A stretch of 64,000 nt of DNA from Squalus acanthias. Its lineage: Eukaryota. The translations under genes and the position numbers were made by a program. The stretch covers positions 17,298,001 through 17,362,000 of the forward strand of contig CM059438.1 of the NCBI GenBank assembly GCA_030390025.1, read 5' to 3'. Below the pieces are notes generated by a model. It saw only the letters and a program-made list of their open reading frames with translations, ran no database searches and was not told the origin of the DNA. Shown here piece by piece: positions 14,411 through 28,098 of the stretch. Within the stretch, counting starts at the first letter, position 1, and each line of letters opens with the position of its first letter.

Positions 14411-14870
14411 CAGGAACATAGGAACAGTAGGCCATTCAGCTCCTCGAGCCTGTTCCGCCATTCAATTAGATCATGGCTGATTTGCGACCTAACTCCATAT
14501 ACCTGCCTTTGCCCCATATCCCTTAATACCTTTGGTTAACCAAAATCTATCAATCTCAGATTTAAAATTATCAATTGATCTAGCATCAATTTCCGTTTCC
14601 AGAAGAGTTCCAAACTTTTACTAACCTTTGTGTGTAGAAGTGTTTCCTAATTTCACTCCTGAAAGGTCTGGCTCTAATTTTTAGACTCTGCCCCCTAGTC
14701 CTAGACTCCCCAACCAGCGGAAATAGTTTCTCTCTATCTACCCTATCTGTTCCCCTTAATATCTTGAAAACTTCGATCAGATCACCCCTTAATCTTCTAA
14801 ATTCTAGGGAATACAACCCTAGTTTGTGTAATCTCTCCTCGTAATTTAACCCTTGGAGTCCAGGTATCAT
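14411..14870 (-). mobile_element. CR1 LINE 3' fragment
   Basis: MIPGLQGLNYEERLHKLGLYSLEFRRLRGDLIEVFKI; very similar to the copy at 57657-58236. Confidence 0.93.
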
Positions 14871-17256
14871 CCCTGGACAGTGTGGGCTTGCAACCTTTTC
14901 CTCAATAGGTGACTGCCAGGAGGTGTGCAAGATCAGTCCAAGGTGATGCTTCCTTTCCCTGTTGGGAAGCACGTAGACTTTGTTTGGGGCCTTGGATGGG
15001 ATGGACTAGGTTGGAGTTTACCCGGTGTAGTCCTAGCATTAGTTCTCGAACACACCCAGGCAACCCAACATTGGACCCAACTTGCTGCCCGTGTTGGCCC
15101 ACAGAGCCATATTTAGGGACCACTGCCCTCAACAGCTATCACATGCCTCTCATTTACAAAATGAGTGGCAGCTTTTTCCAGTTTACATGTTAAAAGTCAC
15201 ACCATGATGAAAAGGCATCAAATGATAATATCTAATGTCATTTCTATAGATCTGTCAATTACAAACCCACAATTTCAGAGGAGTTAGAAGATTTAAAGCA
15301 GACATATCCAACAGTAAATAGTTCCTTATCGTTTCCTTTTGTACAGCACCAGTATTTCTGCATGATGGGCAAATGCTCAGACTATATTGGTGATATGCTT
15401 CATGGTTTAGTCTCTTTGATTTTATAGTCTACAGACTATTTTACCTTAATTCAAATTCATAATCCTTTGTCTTCATTTCTTTTGATAGCTTTCCAGTCAT
15501 TCTTAAGAAAGTTTTAAAAAGTCCACACACACAACACAGTGCTTACAGCATGTCAGACATACTGATTTTCTGGTGACTATGCTCTGCATTGTAAAATAAT
15601 CTAACACCACAAGTGAATAGAGTTTGTAGAAACAACAATGTTATTGACTTGTTGCTCCTGTTCTATTTGGCTATTACCCTGGAGGCCACAATCAATAGAC
15701 TTTGCACCCTATTAGACTAACAAATTCCAGGCTGTGGCTGGAACTGTGCCAAGTTCTGCAATAAAATCTATGGCAATCAAATGCTCTCATGGGATATGAA
15801 CTGAACTGTAAGACAGTTGTACGCACTAATTAAAAGATTTTTTTCCCCCACTAAGGGTACCACATACAGCACATGATAGCACACACATATATGGTTGTAT
15901 GCAGATAGTACTGTGTGCTTATTTCTTTTTACAACCAGCTGATGAGTGACTTAGAGTGTTTACCAGCAAAACCCAAAATTGCAATATGCCCATCCCTTTT
16001 AATTAAGGGTAATGTTGCAAAATACTGCGAAAAAGCAAGCAGTTTAATCTTTTGTTTGTGGTGTATTCTACTTTAGCTGAAGCCTGCACTTTTTTAAACT
16101 GCTGCCTCATCACTGCAAAGCACTTCTATTTCTGATACCCTTTTTCATTGAACACCCAGTAGTTTTGTACAAATAAGAGGTGACTTTATAAAACACAAAG
16201 GGATTATTGGAACAATGTACGCATTTGGAAATAATTTTTTTTTGAAAATTGGGCCAACTGGTAAAAGACATACCAAGATTCTGGCTGTTCATAATCACAC
16301 ATTTTACATTAAGCGTTACCTTGTTGATTAAAGAGAACTCACCTTGGTTTCAAAGGGCAAAACTAGTATTTTAAGGGTTAATACTGTACAAACTTGACTC
16401 ACTGGGGTATCTTTTTAAAAACATGTTAATTTAGGTAATCAAAGTGATTATTACTGCATTCAACCAAACTGCAGAATGGGGGTTCATTGCTTTGAGATGT
16501 TGATCTGCTTTGTCATTTACCCACAATCAGTAGAAAACAAATCAAGAACAATTTAGCAATTGTAGTCCAGCTACCATAACCACTCCTGGAGATAAGAGTC
16601 AAAAGTCGGCCACTGGACCGTGACCATAGGGATAGAACAATCCCATGATACTGCTGCAATGGCCCGTGTGCCAAAATATACAGACCATTTCTTTCCCCTC
16701 CTCCCACCCCCAGGTTTTTTCCATCATTATTTCTCAAGCCCACTACTCCACATATTGCTCGGATCCTCCCCACTCTCCATCCTTCCTGACATTCTAACTA
16801 TCCCGATCCAACCCACAACAGAGGCCTCATAAAAATCCTTCTAACCACTATTCCTGCTTAGCTCAGGGTTCATTACAGAAAAAATTAATAAATCAAAAAA
16901 AATTAAAAAGTGTAATCATAAGGCGCTTTTTACGTTGGTGATTGTTTGCTTTGGTTTGTGAGTAAGCAGTGTTTGTGAACCAGCGCCCTATGTTTGCACT
17001 GATAAAACTGGCTCCCTTGTCCTTGCAGCAAAGCCATAAACCCATGAAAATATCTGTCTACAAAACTGTCACTGGGATAAAGGACATGGTTTTAGCAGCA
17101 TAAATACTGGTACCCAACGCAAGAAACACTGTTCTTCCACGATCTGAACTAAACAAGCACCCATAAAAAAAAGCTCCTGTAGAAAATGATGTTCGGGATT
17201 GTAATATGATCATTTTTATCGGTGGTGCTCGCAGGTAATTCACGAGAGATAGGAAT

Positions 17257-17980
17257 GAGCTGGAATTTGCTAAAAAAAATAACAGCGTGTGAACGACGCA
17301 CAGTTATTAAAGTGCAAATCGGCCAGAAAGTTCAGGGGCTTAAGAGATATGCCGCGAGGTGTGAATCTCCAGAATGTGCTGGTCTGGTCGATTTACCCTG
17401 CTCCACTGTATGCTTCGCACAAACAGCATCTCGCCCTTAACCGCCCTGCTATTTTTGAGAACTTGCTGGATTTGCACATTAATCTCGAAACAGAAATTAA
17501 AGTCTAGTAATTAAGTGCATAAGTACCCTTTTAACAACATGATAATTCTTAATGACTGCCAATCAACCTCTCTTGCCCAGAAAATGAACAATTAAAACGC
17601 TGGAGTCTCATTCCTTCAGGTAGTGAAATGTTGCACATTTTTAAAATGTAACATTTTTATTTTTATTCTTACTTTTCCTTCCCGTCTTTTTTTTCTCTCT
17701 CTCTCTCTTAATCCAATCTTTCTTTCCCTCTTTATTTCTCTATCGGTACCTGACTAGACTCGCATTCACACTCCTTCTCTGTCTTTCTCAATCCTTAAAT
17801 CTCATTGGTTTGTCCCATTGTTCATGAGGTCCCAGAGATGCCCTGTTGCTCTTGCCACGAAGTTATCAGCTTGCACTTCTAGCAAGTTAGGGCGCAAACA
17901 TCCTTTGAATTGAAGGGTGTAGGAAAAAGGCTAACTAACACGTACGCTCTTAGATGCACTGCTCCAGCAAATTCCGGCTC
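17257..17980. mobile_element. Non-autonomous DNA transposon (MITE, PIF/Harbinger-like)
   Basis: TIRs gagctggaatttgct / agcaaattccggctc (14 of 15 match); flanks AAT| and |ATT. Confidence 0.8.
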
Positions 17981-18090
17981 ATTACCTCTGATATAAATCC
18001 ACAGCTTCTGGAATCATATACTAGTGAATCTTCCCTGGAGTTGCTCACAATGAGTCAGTGGACATGTTGCTACACTATGCAATGTATTAT

Positions 18091-18965
18091 TGTATAATCT
18101 AAACATTTCTCGAGGTATGGCTCGCAGAGCTCCTCCTGCATCTTTTTGTTCTTCACCCCTGTCCAGTTCTTCTTGTGTTTTTGGTGTTGCATTTTCTCTT
18201 TCTCTCTATGCCTCTCTCACAGAACCCTTTATTGCCTCCCAAAAAAGTTACCAAACACTTTTCCGCGAAGACAACGCCTCTCAGCTCACATATGCCTGTT
18301 TGTTGTGAACAAACACAGGGTCCAGACACTTTCCACAGACTGCAGGAACACTGGTTTCACCTGACCATATTGTGTTAATCTAATTAATTTAATTTTATTT
18401 CCCCCCACAGCTCAGGAGCAGGGCCTCATACTTACCTGCAAAATTCTCGATATGGTGACTTTTCATGGGGCTCTGGCACCTCTTTGTAGTTGGCCAGCTA
18501 AAGATAAAATGTGGATGGGGAATCGCGCATAAAACCCGGATCTGGACCCATTGGTTTTTGGCACTGAGGTTGCTCGTGAACACTGGTGCATGAAGGACTG
18601 GAAAATATCAAGATGGTTCAACAAAGTAAGCTCCAGGAAAGAAACAAAGCTCAAGTCCCAGGCTCCTGAGAGGGCAGGCCTCTGTGTCAAAAAATATTGG
18701 CCAGATTTCTCTGTGAATTATCTAACCTTTTATGTGCTAATGTGCTACATATTTTTTAGCAGCTTAAAGTTAGTTGGCTGAGGAAACTATATGGCTATGC
18801 AACGGTGCCAGAAAAAATTGTTTCAGCAATTTGATTGGCTGGCTTGCTTGCTTTGTGGTACTTGCTGATTCCATATTGGTAGCGTTGGGGGTAGAGAATG
18901 AACAATTTGATTGGCTGGTTTTGTGTGGGTTACTGATTCCTGATTGGTGGCTTTTCATGGTTACA
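18091..18965 (-). mobile_element. Probable solo LTR (875 bp)
   Basis: Termini TGTA..TACA; flanks TTAT/TTAA (3 of 4); four CCAAT boxes in a duplicated block near the minus 5' end; AATAAA at 18233-18228 about 140 nt from the 3' end. Confidence 0.55.
18827..18951 (-). promoter_or_regulatory. Four CCAAT (NF-Y type) boxes in a duplicated block
   Basis: ATTGG at 18834, 18875, 18910, 18943; caatttgattggctgg occurs twice. Confidence 0.5.
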
Positions 18966-21689
18966 TTAACAGATAGTAGTTACTTGAACTAATCAAAATC
19001 CACTAGGCGCATTTGGCATGTGGAGTTTGCATTTAAGGTGTAGCGCACACTATACACTTGTAATTATATAGATGGATTACAACCCTCCCTCTTTGATATC
19101 GTATCCAGTGTTGATAGATTTATTCAATATGATATCAACACTCCTGTAAGAAAAATCACATTTTAGTCTATATGCTTTGATGCTGTGCGATACTCTTTTT
19201 GCATTGTGTAATTCATTTAATTCAGCACCTTAAATTGTTCCCAACACAACTTCCAGTAATGACAGACCTCTAACCACCAGTACTTCATCCCAGCTAAACA
19301 TGCTCGTGCCATACACATCCTAAGTTTGGAACGACTAAATCTAAATTCCAATTATAATACAGGGCGTTTTACTTAATTCAAGAGGTCACACCCAGCTTTA
19401 CTGTTTACTGGAACCCTAGTGACAACCTTAGCTTGAGCTACATAGCAACCTGCATAATTATAAAATGCATGATACACGTAAATATAATTATAAATATAAA
19501 AGACTACCCATGCATCAATCCAGTCTGGTCTAAGATCAGCTGTTCCTTTTTGGTTCTAGACACGGTTTACCTCAAATATTCTACCAGTGTTATGAATGAG
19601 TGCAAAGTACTATACTTTCTAAAGGTTATTACAAAAAAAACCTCTCTGCCCACTCCCCTCCTGGGACTAAAGGCATGTTTCAGTGATTGCAATGCTGAAA
19701 TATGTGGCATAAGGCCTTAAACACTTTGGAATATATACACATCAGACTGCAATGTACAGTGGGTCAAAATTGCGCACTGTAAATTGTTACGGCATTTGAC
19801 ATAACCTGCCTGTCATAGAGTTCACAATTAAACAGTACTTCACAAACTAATCACCATTCACTCTTTTGGAAGTGTAATGTGCGCTGTTACTATGTTCGAA
19901 GTGCAGCGTATCAATCAATCTGGGGCTCGACATTAAATTGGTGCTTTAGATATCAGAGTCTATTTTTATTAGGCTTTCAAGAAAGTACATTCATATTTTA
20001 TGAAGCTATTATACATATGGATAAATCTTCACACATTTATTTTATGAAGATGAGGGTCTTTTCAAAGTGATTGTCTTTACAGGAAATATTTGATTTCAAT
20101 GTCACTACTAATTAATCTCATTTATTTACTAATCACATCAGATATGATAAACAAATGAAGAGTGGTATTTCTGTTTATTCATTTTGCTTTCTCTCACTAT
20201 ATCTATCTGTAACTACTGCCCTCAGGCTCTCACATTTGAAGTATTTTCTATGGAAATATGCTTCTGACCTCAACTCAAACCACAATTCCCCAAAACACCT
20301 TGTTGTAGCTTTAATATGTCTTTAAGTATGAATTTTACATCAGCTTTAAAATTTGAAAATTGGTCTTTTCCTCAAGTTGTTTATTTACTTTTCAAACATT
20401 TACGCTTAAATGCATGGATCACTGGCTCAACCCTTAACCTTTGTTGAAGCAATAGTTACAGTGAGACACAAACATAAACTTTTAATTTTGCCTAAAAAAA
20501 ACCTCATGCTACCAATATTGCTCTTTTATAAAGTTTAAATCAAAATCCAGACAAACATAATTATGATCCCAATCTCTCTCTCTATATACACTCCAGATAA
20601 TACCTGGGTTTTTTTGTGTACTCAAGACAGCGGAGGCAGTTACAATAGTTATTAGTATGACAGGAAAAAACTGCCTTTTATGTTTAAATATGTGGTTTTA
20701 CTCCACCCATTTAAAAAAAAGACTGACAAAGACAATGATGCTTTTGTAATTCCATTTTAATTGCAGTAATGGGCGTACATTTGCCATCTCTTACATATTT
20801 GGCAAATATTAGTCCCGATATCTATCGGTATGACTAATAACATTTTCAAAATGAGAATACTGAAATTGGACCCGTGCCTAACCTATCTCATTTTTTTTCC
20901 TGGAAGTTAAATGTCCATTTTTGAATGAGGGGAGCACACAGCATTTACTACACTGTGCCCAAATGACTCTCAATCAAAGGAACCTTTGAGAACATGTTCT
21001 GGATCCAGGCCAATCAGATCATCTTCCTGTCTGTGCTGTAACAAAATGTGCCCCTGGTATGTAAGCCATGCCAGATTGAGCAGACAGGGCGACTGCAATC
21101 ATAGCCCAACCTGTCTTAGCCAAGCAAAAATGCTGAAGGGAAAATTACCTGCATGGCTCCAGACTGAATTAGGCTGCTTTATTTTTTTTTACACAGCACG
21201 GTGTTTATTTTTTTTCTCTCGAAAGCCATATCTGTCTCAAATGTAGAGTGTGTGCTTGTGGATGCGATCTGGACAAAAATGTTTGAAAAATGTAAGAAGT
21301 ACTTTGAAAGAAATCTCAGTATCATACTATTATACTAAAATGCTCCCCCCAAGTCCCTTTGCACCAGGAACGCCGAAATGTATTAGTCTTAAATAGGTTC
21401 TGTTTATGAAAATAGCAGAATGAAAGTTCAGAGTACTAGATTGGGGGAGGGGGAGTAAGAAAGAATTTTAGAAACAAGTTTGATCAGCTTCGTATGACAT
21501 TTATGTAAGAGTACATACAACGGATCATGTGACAATCTGATCACAATGCATCACGCAGTAGAGTTAGCATTTAAAGTTATGGGTGAGGCTCATCAACAGT
21601 ATTAAAAATTAGTATGTAGGCCAACAAGAGAGACCGTCTTAAACTTAGCTGAACAATCCCCAGATGGGTTATCGACTAAAGGCAAAACC

Positions 21690-21960
21690 GGATGTGAGAT
21701 ATACCAGGCCCATGATCTCAGTGGAAGCAAAGGATGGGGCACTACAAATGGCCTCAGAGAGAAGGTAAAAAAAAAACAGGTTGCCCACTCCTGATTCAGT
21801 GATCCTTACTGGAAAGTGCATGGACTTGCAGTAAGGTTGGGATGGGGTCAGGTGTGGTGTTCTCCACAGTCAAACGGCCCATTGACACTCATTATTTAAG
21901 CACACATAGACAAAGTGCCAGAGGGTGAGCGGTAAAACCCAGCGAGAGGAAAAAGGAGCG
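21690..21960 (+). mobile_element. SINE-B fragment
   Basis: tgatctcag, ctacaaatggcctcag, ctcctgat, ctggaaagtgc, gacactca motifs. Confidence 0.5.
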
Positions 21961-23485
21961 AAGAGGATAAACTGGTGCATACAATATACCCAAAATCTGC
22001 AGTCCAGCACCTATTCAGCAGCCACTATAATTCTCTAGTCTTTGTACTCTTCAATCTTATGAAAAAAGATTCGAGAGTACCATTATCAACATCTTCCTTT
22101 CACAAAGTTCCTTTATAAAATCTCTTCACCTGCTTTTCTATGTCTCCAAGGAAAAATTCATGGCACTAAAATCATCTGAATCTTTAATTGACTAAAGCCT
22201 ATTGGTATCGTAGACAGGTAAATGATGGAAGGGAATGTATTACAAGGCTGTAAGAAATCAGAGGGGTTCTAAAATCATAAGCCCACACATCTTTTATTCT
22301 TCACAATGTACCCAAGTGTTGTGTTTTTGTTGTTTGCACTTTTGTCTTCTGCTACCCACAGAGTTTTGTCATATAAGCTCTTAACTTCTATTGCAGCTGT
22401 CAATTTATGCCATTCAAGACAGCACTTTCCGCCTCCAACTTCTGATGAATAGACACCCATCTTCCATTATGGCTGTCATTTGTTGTCTGGCTTCAAGCGA
22501 AGTAATGGGAAAGGGATAATCTTACAAGAAAATACAATGTGTGAAACCATCACTGACAGGACAGTTGTACTGAAAGATAATTTATAACATTTTACCAGGA
22601 TATTCCCTATAAAAACACCTTACAAAGTGGAACCCCTTAAATAAGTTGTTTGCAAGCTGACTGGATCTTGAGCAAGATTGGATCTTGACAGATATTTCTA
22701 GAATACTGCAAGAATAACAATGAATTAAAAAGTTAATACAGATCTAGTCCTCTACCATTGAGTGATGAGATTTATTAACTCAGCTCCCATTTACCCTACA
22801 GCTTCAAATTAGCATCAACTGGTTTAGTATAAATGGTGCAGACTTATTTATCCTGATGGTAGTCACGAATACCTCTTGGTCTTGATTGGGACTGTAAAAC
22901 AGGAGATTTATATCAGACTAATTCCACCCCCCAAAAAAAAGTTCTGTTTTCCGTTTGGACAAAAGGCTCAGAATGTGTAATGGGCAGGGAATTTAATCCC
23001 CCCCGATACATGAACTCAATCAGTGAAGCCCCAGCTACAAACCCTGGGGACGCCACTTTCAGTTAAGACTATCTTGATGCAAACTGAATGTGGTCTTTAG
23101 AGGCTGTAAGTATCAAAGTGCACTGCAGACATCTAGAGGCAGTTTATTGTATTGTGGCTCCTCTTTTAAATAGATTGTTGATAGACATAAAGCGGATAGG
23201 TTTAAAAAAATAAATAAACATGGCAGTCTGATAATGCAGCACCGAATTCACTGATGCAGCATGCCACATAAATATAAGAATGTGGGCTGGTGTGTGTGAC
23301 TCTGTAAAGATTGCAATCTCAGACAAGCAGATCAGTGGGAAGGTACTGCAAGCAAAGACTAGATGCTTTCCTAGACAATTTAAATGACAATTTCTGAGAC
23401 AAGTTGCAATTGCACGTTTCCCTGCAGCTAATTACAAAGGATATGATCAGGGCTATGGGAGTAGGCCACCTGAACAATCTTTTGC

Positions 23486-26010
23486 CAGGAGCAGCACCAG
23501 GCATACCTAAAAATGAGGTGCCAACCTGGGGAAGCTGCAACACAGGACTACATGCATGCTAAAAAGCAGAAGCAGCATGCTATAGACAGAGCTAAGTGAT
23601 CCCATAATCAACGGATCAGATCAAAGCTCTGCAGTCCTGCCACATCCAGTCGTGAATGATGGTGGACCATTAACCAACTAACAGGAGGAAGAGACTCCAT
23701 GAATATCCCCATCCTCAATGATGGTGGAGCCCAGCACGTGAGTGCAAAAGACAAAGCTGAAGCGTTTGCAATTTGCAACCATCTTCAGCCAGAAGTGCCG
23801 AGTGGATGATCCATATCGGCCTCCTCCTGTGGTTCCCACCATCACAGAAGCCAGTCTTCAGCCAATTCAATTCACTCCACGTGATATCAAGAAACAGCTG
23901 AGCGCACTTGATACAGCAAAGGCTGTGGGCCCCGACAACATCCCGGCTGTCGTGCTGAAGACTTGTGCTCCAGAACTAGCCATGCCTCTAGCCAAGCTGT
24001 TCCAGTACAGCTATAACACTGGCATCTATCCGACAACGTGGAAAACTGCCCAGGGATGCCCTGACAACAAAAAGCAGGACAAATCCAATCCAGCCAATTA
24101 CTGCCCCATCAGTCTACTCTCAATCATCAGCAAAGTGATGGAAGGAGTCGTCGACAGTGCTATCAAGCAGCACTTACTCACCAATAACCTGCTCACTGAT
24201 GCCCAGTTTGGGTTCCGCCAGGACCACTCTGCTCCAGACCTCATTACAGCCTTGGTCCAAACATGGACAAAAGAGCTGAATTCCAGAGGTGAGGTGAGAG
24301 TGACATCAAGCCATCAATTGACCGAGTGTGGCATCAAGGAGCTCGAGTAAAACTCAAGTCAATGGGAATCGGGGGAAATCTCTCCACTGGCTGGAGTCAT
24401 ACCTAGCACAAAGGAAGATGGTTGTGGTAGTTGGAGGTCAATCATCACAGCCCCAGGACATCGCTGCAGGAGTTCCTCAGGGCAGTGTCCTCGGCCCAAC
24501 CATCTTCAGCTGCTTCATCAATGACCTTCACTCCATCATAAGGTCAGAAGTGAGGATGTTCGCTGATGACTGCACAGTGTTCAGAGCCATTCGCAACTCC
24601 TCAGATAATGAAGCAGTCCATGCCCTCATGCAGCAAGGCCTGGCCGACGTTCAGGCTTGGGCTGATAAGTGGCAGGTAACATTCGCATCACACAAGTGCC
24701 AGGCAATGACTAGCTCCAACAAGTGAGCATCTAACCACCGCCCCTTGACATTCAATGGCATTACCATCGCCAAATCCCCCACCATCAATAGCCTGGGGGG
24801 TCACCATTGACCAGAAACTTAACTAGACCAGCCACATAAATACTGTGGCAACAAGAGCAGGTCAGAGGCTGGGTATTCTGCGGCGAGTGTCTCACCTCCT
24901 GACTCCCCAAAGCCTTTCCACCATCTACAAGGCACAAGTCAGGAATGTGATGGCATACTCTCCACTTTCCTAGATGACTGCAGCTCCAACAACACTCAAG
25001 AAGCTCGACACCATCCAAGACAAAGCAGCCTGCATGATTGACACCCCATCCACCTCCTTAAACATTCACTCCCTCCACCACTGGCGTAGAAACAAAGAAG
25101 AAACATAGAAAAATAGGAGCAGGATTAGGCCATTCAGCCCTTTGAGCCTGCTCCGCCATTCAATACGATCATGGCTGATCCTCTATCTCAATACCATATT
25201 CCCGCTCTCTCCCCATACCCCTTGATGCCTTTTGTGTCTAGAAATCTATCTATCTCCTTCTTAAATATATTCAGTGACTTGGCCTCCACAGCCTTCTGTG
25301 GTAGAGAATTCCACAGGTTCACCACCCTCTGAGTGAAGACATTTCTCCTCATCTCAGTCCTAAATGTCCTACCCCGTATCCTGAGACTGTGACCCCTCGT
25401 TCGAGACCCCCCAGCCAGGGGAAACATCCTCCCTGCATCCAGTCTGTCTAGCCCTGTCAGAATTTTATACGTTTCAATGAGATCCCCTCTCATTCTTCTA
25501 AACTCTAGTGAATGTAGGCCTAGTTGACCCAATCTCTCCTCATACGACAGTCCTGCCATCCCAGGAATCAGTCTGGTGAACTTTCGCTGCACTCCCTCTA
25601 TGGCAAGTATATCCTTTCTTAGGATACCGTGTACCGTGGCTGCAGTGTGTACCATCTACAAGATGCACTGCAGCAACTCGCCAAGGCTTCTTTGGCAGCA
25701 CCTCCCAAACCCGCGACCTCTTCCACCTAGAAGGACAAGGGCAGCAGATGCATGGGAACACCACCACCTCCAAGTTCCCCTCCAAGTCACACATCATCCT
25801 GACTTGGAAGTATATCGCCAATCCTTCATCGTCGCTGGGTCAAAATCCTGGAACTCCCTCCCTAACAGCACTGGGAGTACCTTCACCACACGGACTGCAG
25901 CGGTTCAAGAAGGCGGCTCACCACCACCACCTTCTCATGGGCAATTAGGGATGGGCAATAAATGCTGGCCTTGCCAGCGACGCCCACATCCCATGAATAA
26001 ATTTAAAAAA
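23486..26010 (+). mobile_element. CR1/L2-group LINE (second family, FADDCT type), 5'-truncated RT region, split by a nested CR1
   Basis: GPDNIP, PANYCPISLLSIISKVME, QFGFR, GVPQGSVLGP, FADDCTV, KSWNSLP, FKKAAHHHHLL; A-rich tail near 26000. Confidence 0.93.
25089..25626 (-). mobile_element. CR1 (HER1-type) 3' fragment nested in the + strand LINE
   Basis: ORF 25188-25655 EGVQRKFTRLIPG..RVVNLWNSLP; host reads ..caccactggcgta | insert | ccgtgtaccgtggctgcag. Confidence 0.93.
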
Positions 26011-27041
26011 AATTCGGCTGGAGTATGATGCTGGTGAGGGAGTGAACAGGGGAAGGTGCCCTGAAAGGAGGGGGAAGTAAATAAACGTACATAAAATAAG
26101 GAAAACTAAGTATTAGCTACAAGAAAAGATTCGAAGGGTGCTATTTTCAGTGTACTTGCAAAATTAGAACTTTCAATGTAACCTATATTTAAACGAGGCC
26201 AGGACTACAAGTATGTAGCCACAATGGAGTTAGAATGGGGGGAGGGGAGTTAGTACTGATCACCAGCTACTGAAATACAGATTTATCAACTGAAAATCTG
26301 GCAAGCTTCGAAACATTAAAAATAACACCCTGGACAGCCCAGTGGATCTCAAGGAGTTCCACAACATGAATAACAAAGTGATAGAACTGCCATAAGGGAA
26401 TTATTAAAACTCTCGTGGGTCACAGGGGCACTAAAGGGTAGTAAATAGCATGTATTCCCTCACTTCTCCACTGACTACAGAGATCTTTCCGCTTTCTGAA
26501 ATTAACATAAAACGAGTTTAAACTAATGGTGTGGTAACATTTTTAAACGTCCGATGAGTCTTAAAAATTTCCACAAATATAAATCTTAGCAAAGCAATAA
26601 CAAAATCAAATAGTATGTTGTTGTTCACCGATCATGGTTTTTCTCCCTGCCAATGTTCTCCCCTTCCTTTCCTTTCTGTAGGCGTTAACTCTTATTTGGT
26701 TTCTGTACGACAGGTAGTGGTTGTGGTCAAGTACAGATGGTCTCAAATCTCTGCTGAGTCAGTTGATCTCACCTAAGGTAGCGTGAAGCTGAATTGCTCT
26801 CAGCACTCCTGGGCAAGAGAAGGGAAAACACAGCCATAGTTTCTTCTCCTGATCAGTATCTAGTGATCTTTGATGGAACTTCACCCCGACAGAATCAAAT
26901 GCATTCACAAGAAAATGGTTAATTTAAAAAAAGGTTAAAAGAAAGTAATGGGCAGCAATGGGATGCTGGAAATCTGAAATATAAACAGAAAATGCTGGAA
27001 ATATTCAGCAGGTCAGGCAACATCTGTGGAGAGAGAAACAG

Positions 27042-27078
27042 AGTTAACGTTTCAGATTGGCGACCTTTTGTCAGAACT
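27042..27078 (-). ncRNA. Degenerate minimal type I hammerhead ribozyme motif
   Basis: AGTT-CTGACAA-AAGGTCgccAATCT-GAAA-CGTT-AACT; core G8 changed to A. Confidence 0.55.
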
Positions 27079-27486
27079 GGAAAATGATACAAATGTAGCA
27101 GGTTTTAAGCAAGTACAGAGGCAGGGAAAGAGGGGGGGTCGGGGTAAGAATCCTCAGCCTCCTACACTGTTCCAATGAAGCTCAATGGAAGCTCGAGGAA
27201 CAGCATCTCATTTCAATTCGGCACTTTACAGCCTTCCAGACGAACATCGAGTTCAACAATTTCAGATCAGTAGTAGCTCGTAATGATTCTGCTGTTGCCA
27301 TTTGCACTTCCTCTAGACCTATCTTTTGAATCTTTTCTCGTCCCATTAACACCGCCTTTTGCCTTGTACCATCATCCCTTTTGTCATTTAATCACTCCTG
27401 CCTTCCACCCTATCGCAGACCTTCCCTTTCGTTCCTTTCCCTGCCTCTGTACTTGCTTAAAACCAGTTACATCTGTAACATTTTCC

Positions 27487-27523
27487 AGTTCTGACAAAAG
27501 GTCACCGACCTAAAACGTTAACT
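27487..27523 (+). ncRNA. Degenerate minimal type I hammerhead ribozyme motif
   Basis: AGTT-CTGACAA-AAGGTCaccGACCT-AAAA-CGTT-AACT; stem II intact, G8 and G12 changed to A. Confidence 0.55.
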
Positions 27524-28098
27524 CTGTTTCTCCCTCCACAGAGGCTGCCTGACCTGCTGAGTACTTCCAGCATTTTCTGTTTATATTCCGTGATGTGGTC
27601 TGGCCTACTGCATTGCATGCGGAGTCTGGAACAAGTAGCGTGCATGTAGAATTAGAGACTGAAAATTTCAGTAGGTCAGTTTTCAATTAAAAAGAGTAAC
27701 ACATTTTTGATGAGATTTAATGAGGTTCTTTGTGCAAATTACATGCAAATACCAGGCTGTTGATGCAATTTATAGAAAAGCTGAATGTCTGGAGGAGTTT
27801 AAAAATGGCCTCATACCATTACAGCAAGGATTGCAGCTTTCAGCTGAAGGTTAAATGGAGGGGGTGAACGCAGAAGAGAAAAACATTGAGCAAAATAAAA
27901 TCTTCAACTGGAAGAGTTAATTGTAAGTCAAGGAAGGGCAGCCATAGGATTCCCCAAGACAGCAATAGGCGGCAGGCATTTGAATAGAGTGACTGCTCCT
28001 GTAATTGGGACTCATTCCATCTGGTCTTAATATTAAACCGTACGCTGTACTGAATAAAATCAATTCTTTCATTATTTCCACAGAAAATGAAATGTAAT

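Larger units (their letters stand above)
26962..27588. mobile_element. Penelope-like element remnant with inverted terminal arms
   Basis: About 155-bp inverted arms 26976-27130 and 27435-27588; internal LLHCSNEAQWKLEEQHLI..GTLQP..NIEFNNFR resembles the PLE GIY-YIG C-terminus. Confidence 0.85.

Noticed and set aside
18455-18490. WGSGT peptide resembling an Ig/TCR J segment
   Set aside because: It is followed by a stop, with no heptamer/nonamer RSS upstream and no donor at the expected position.
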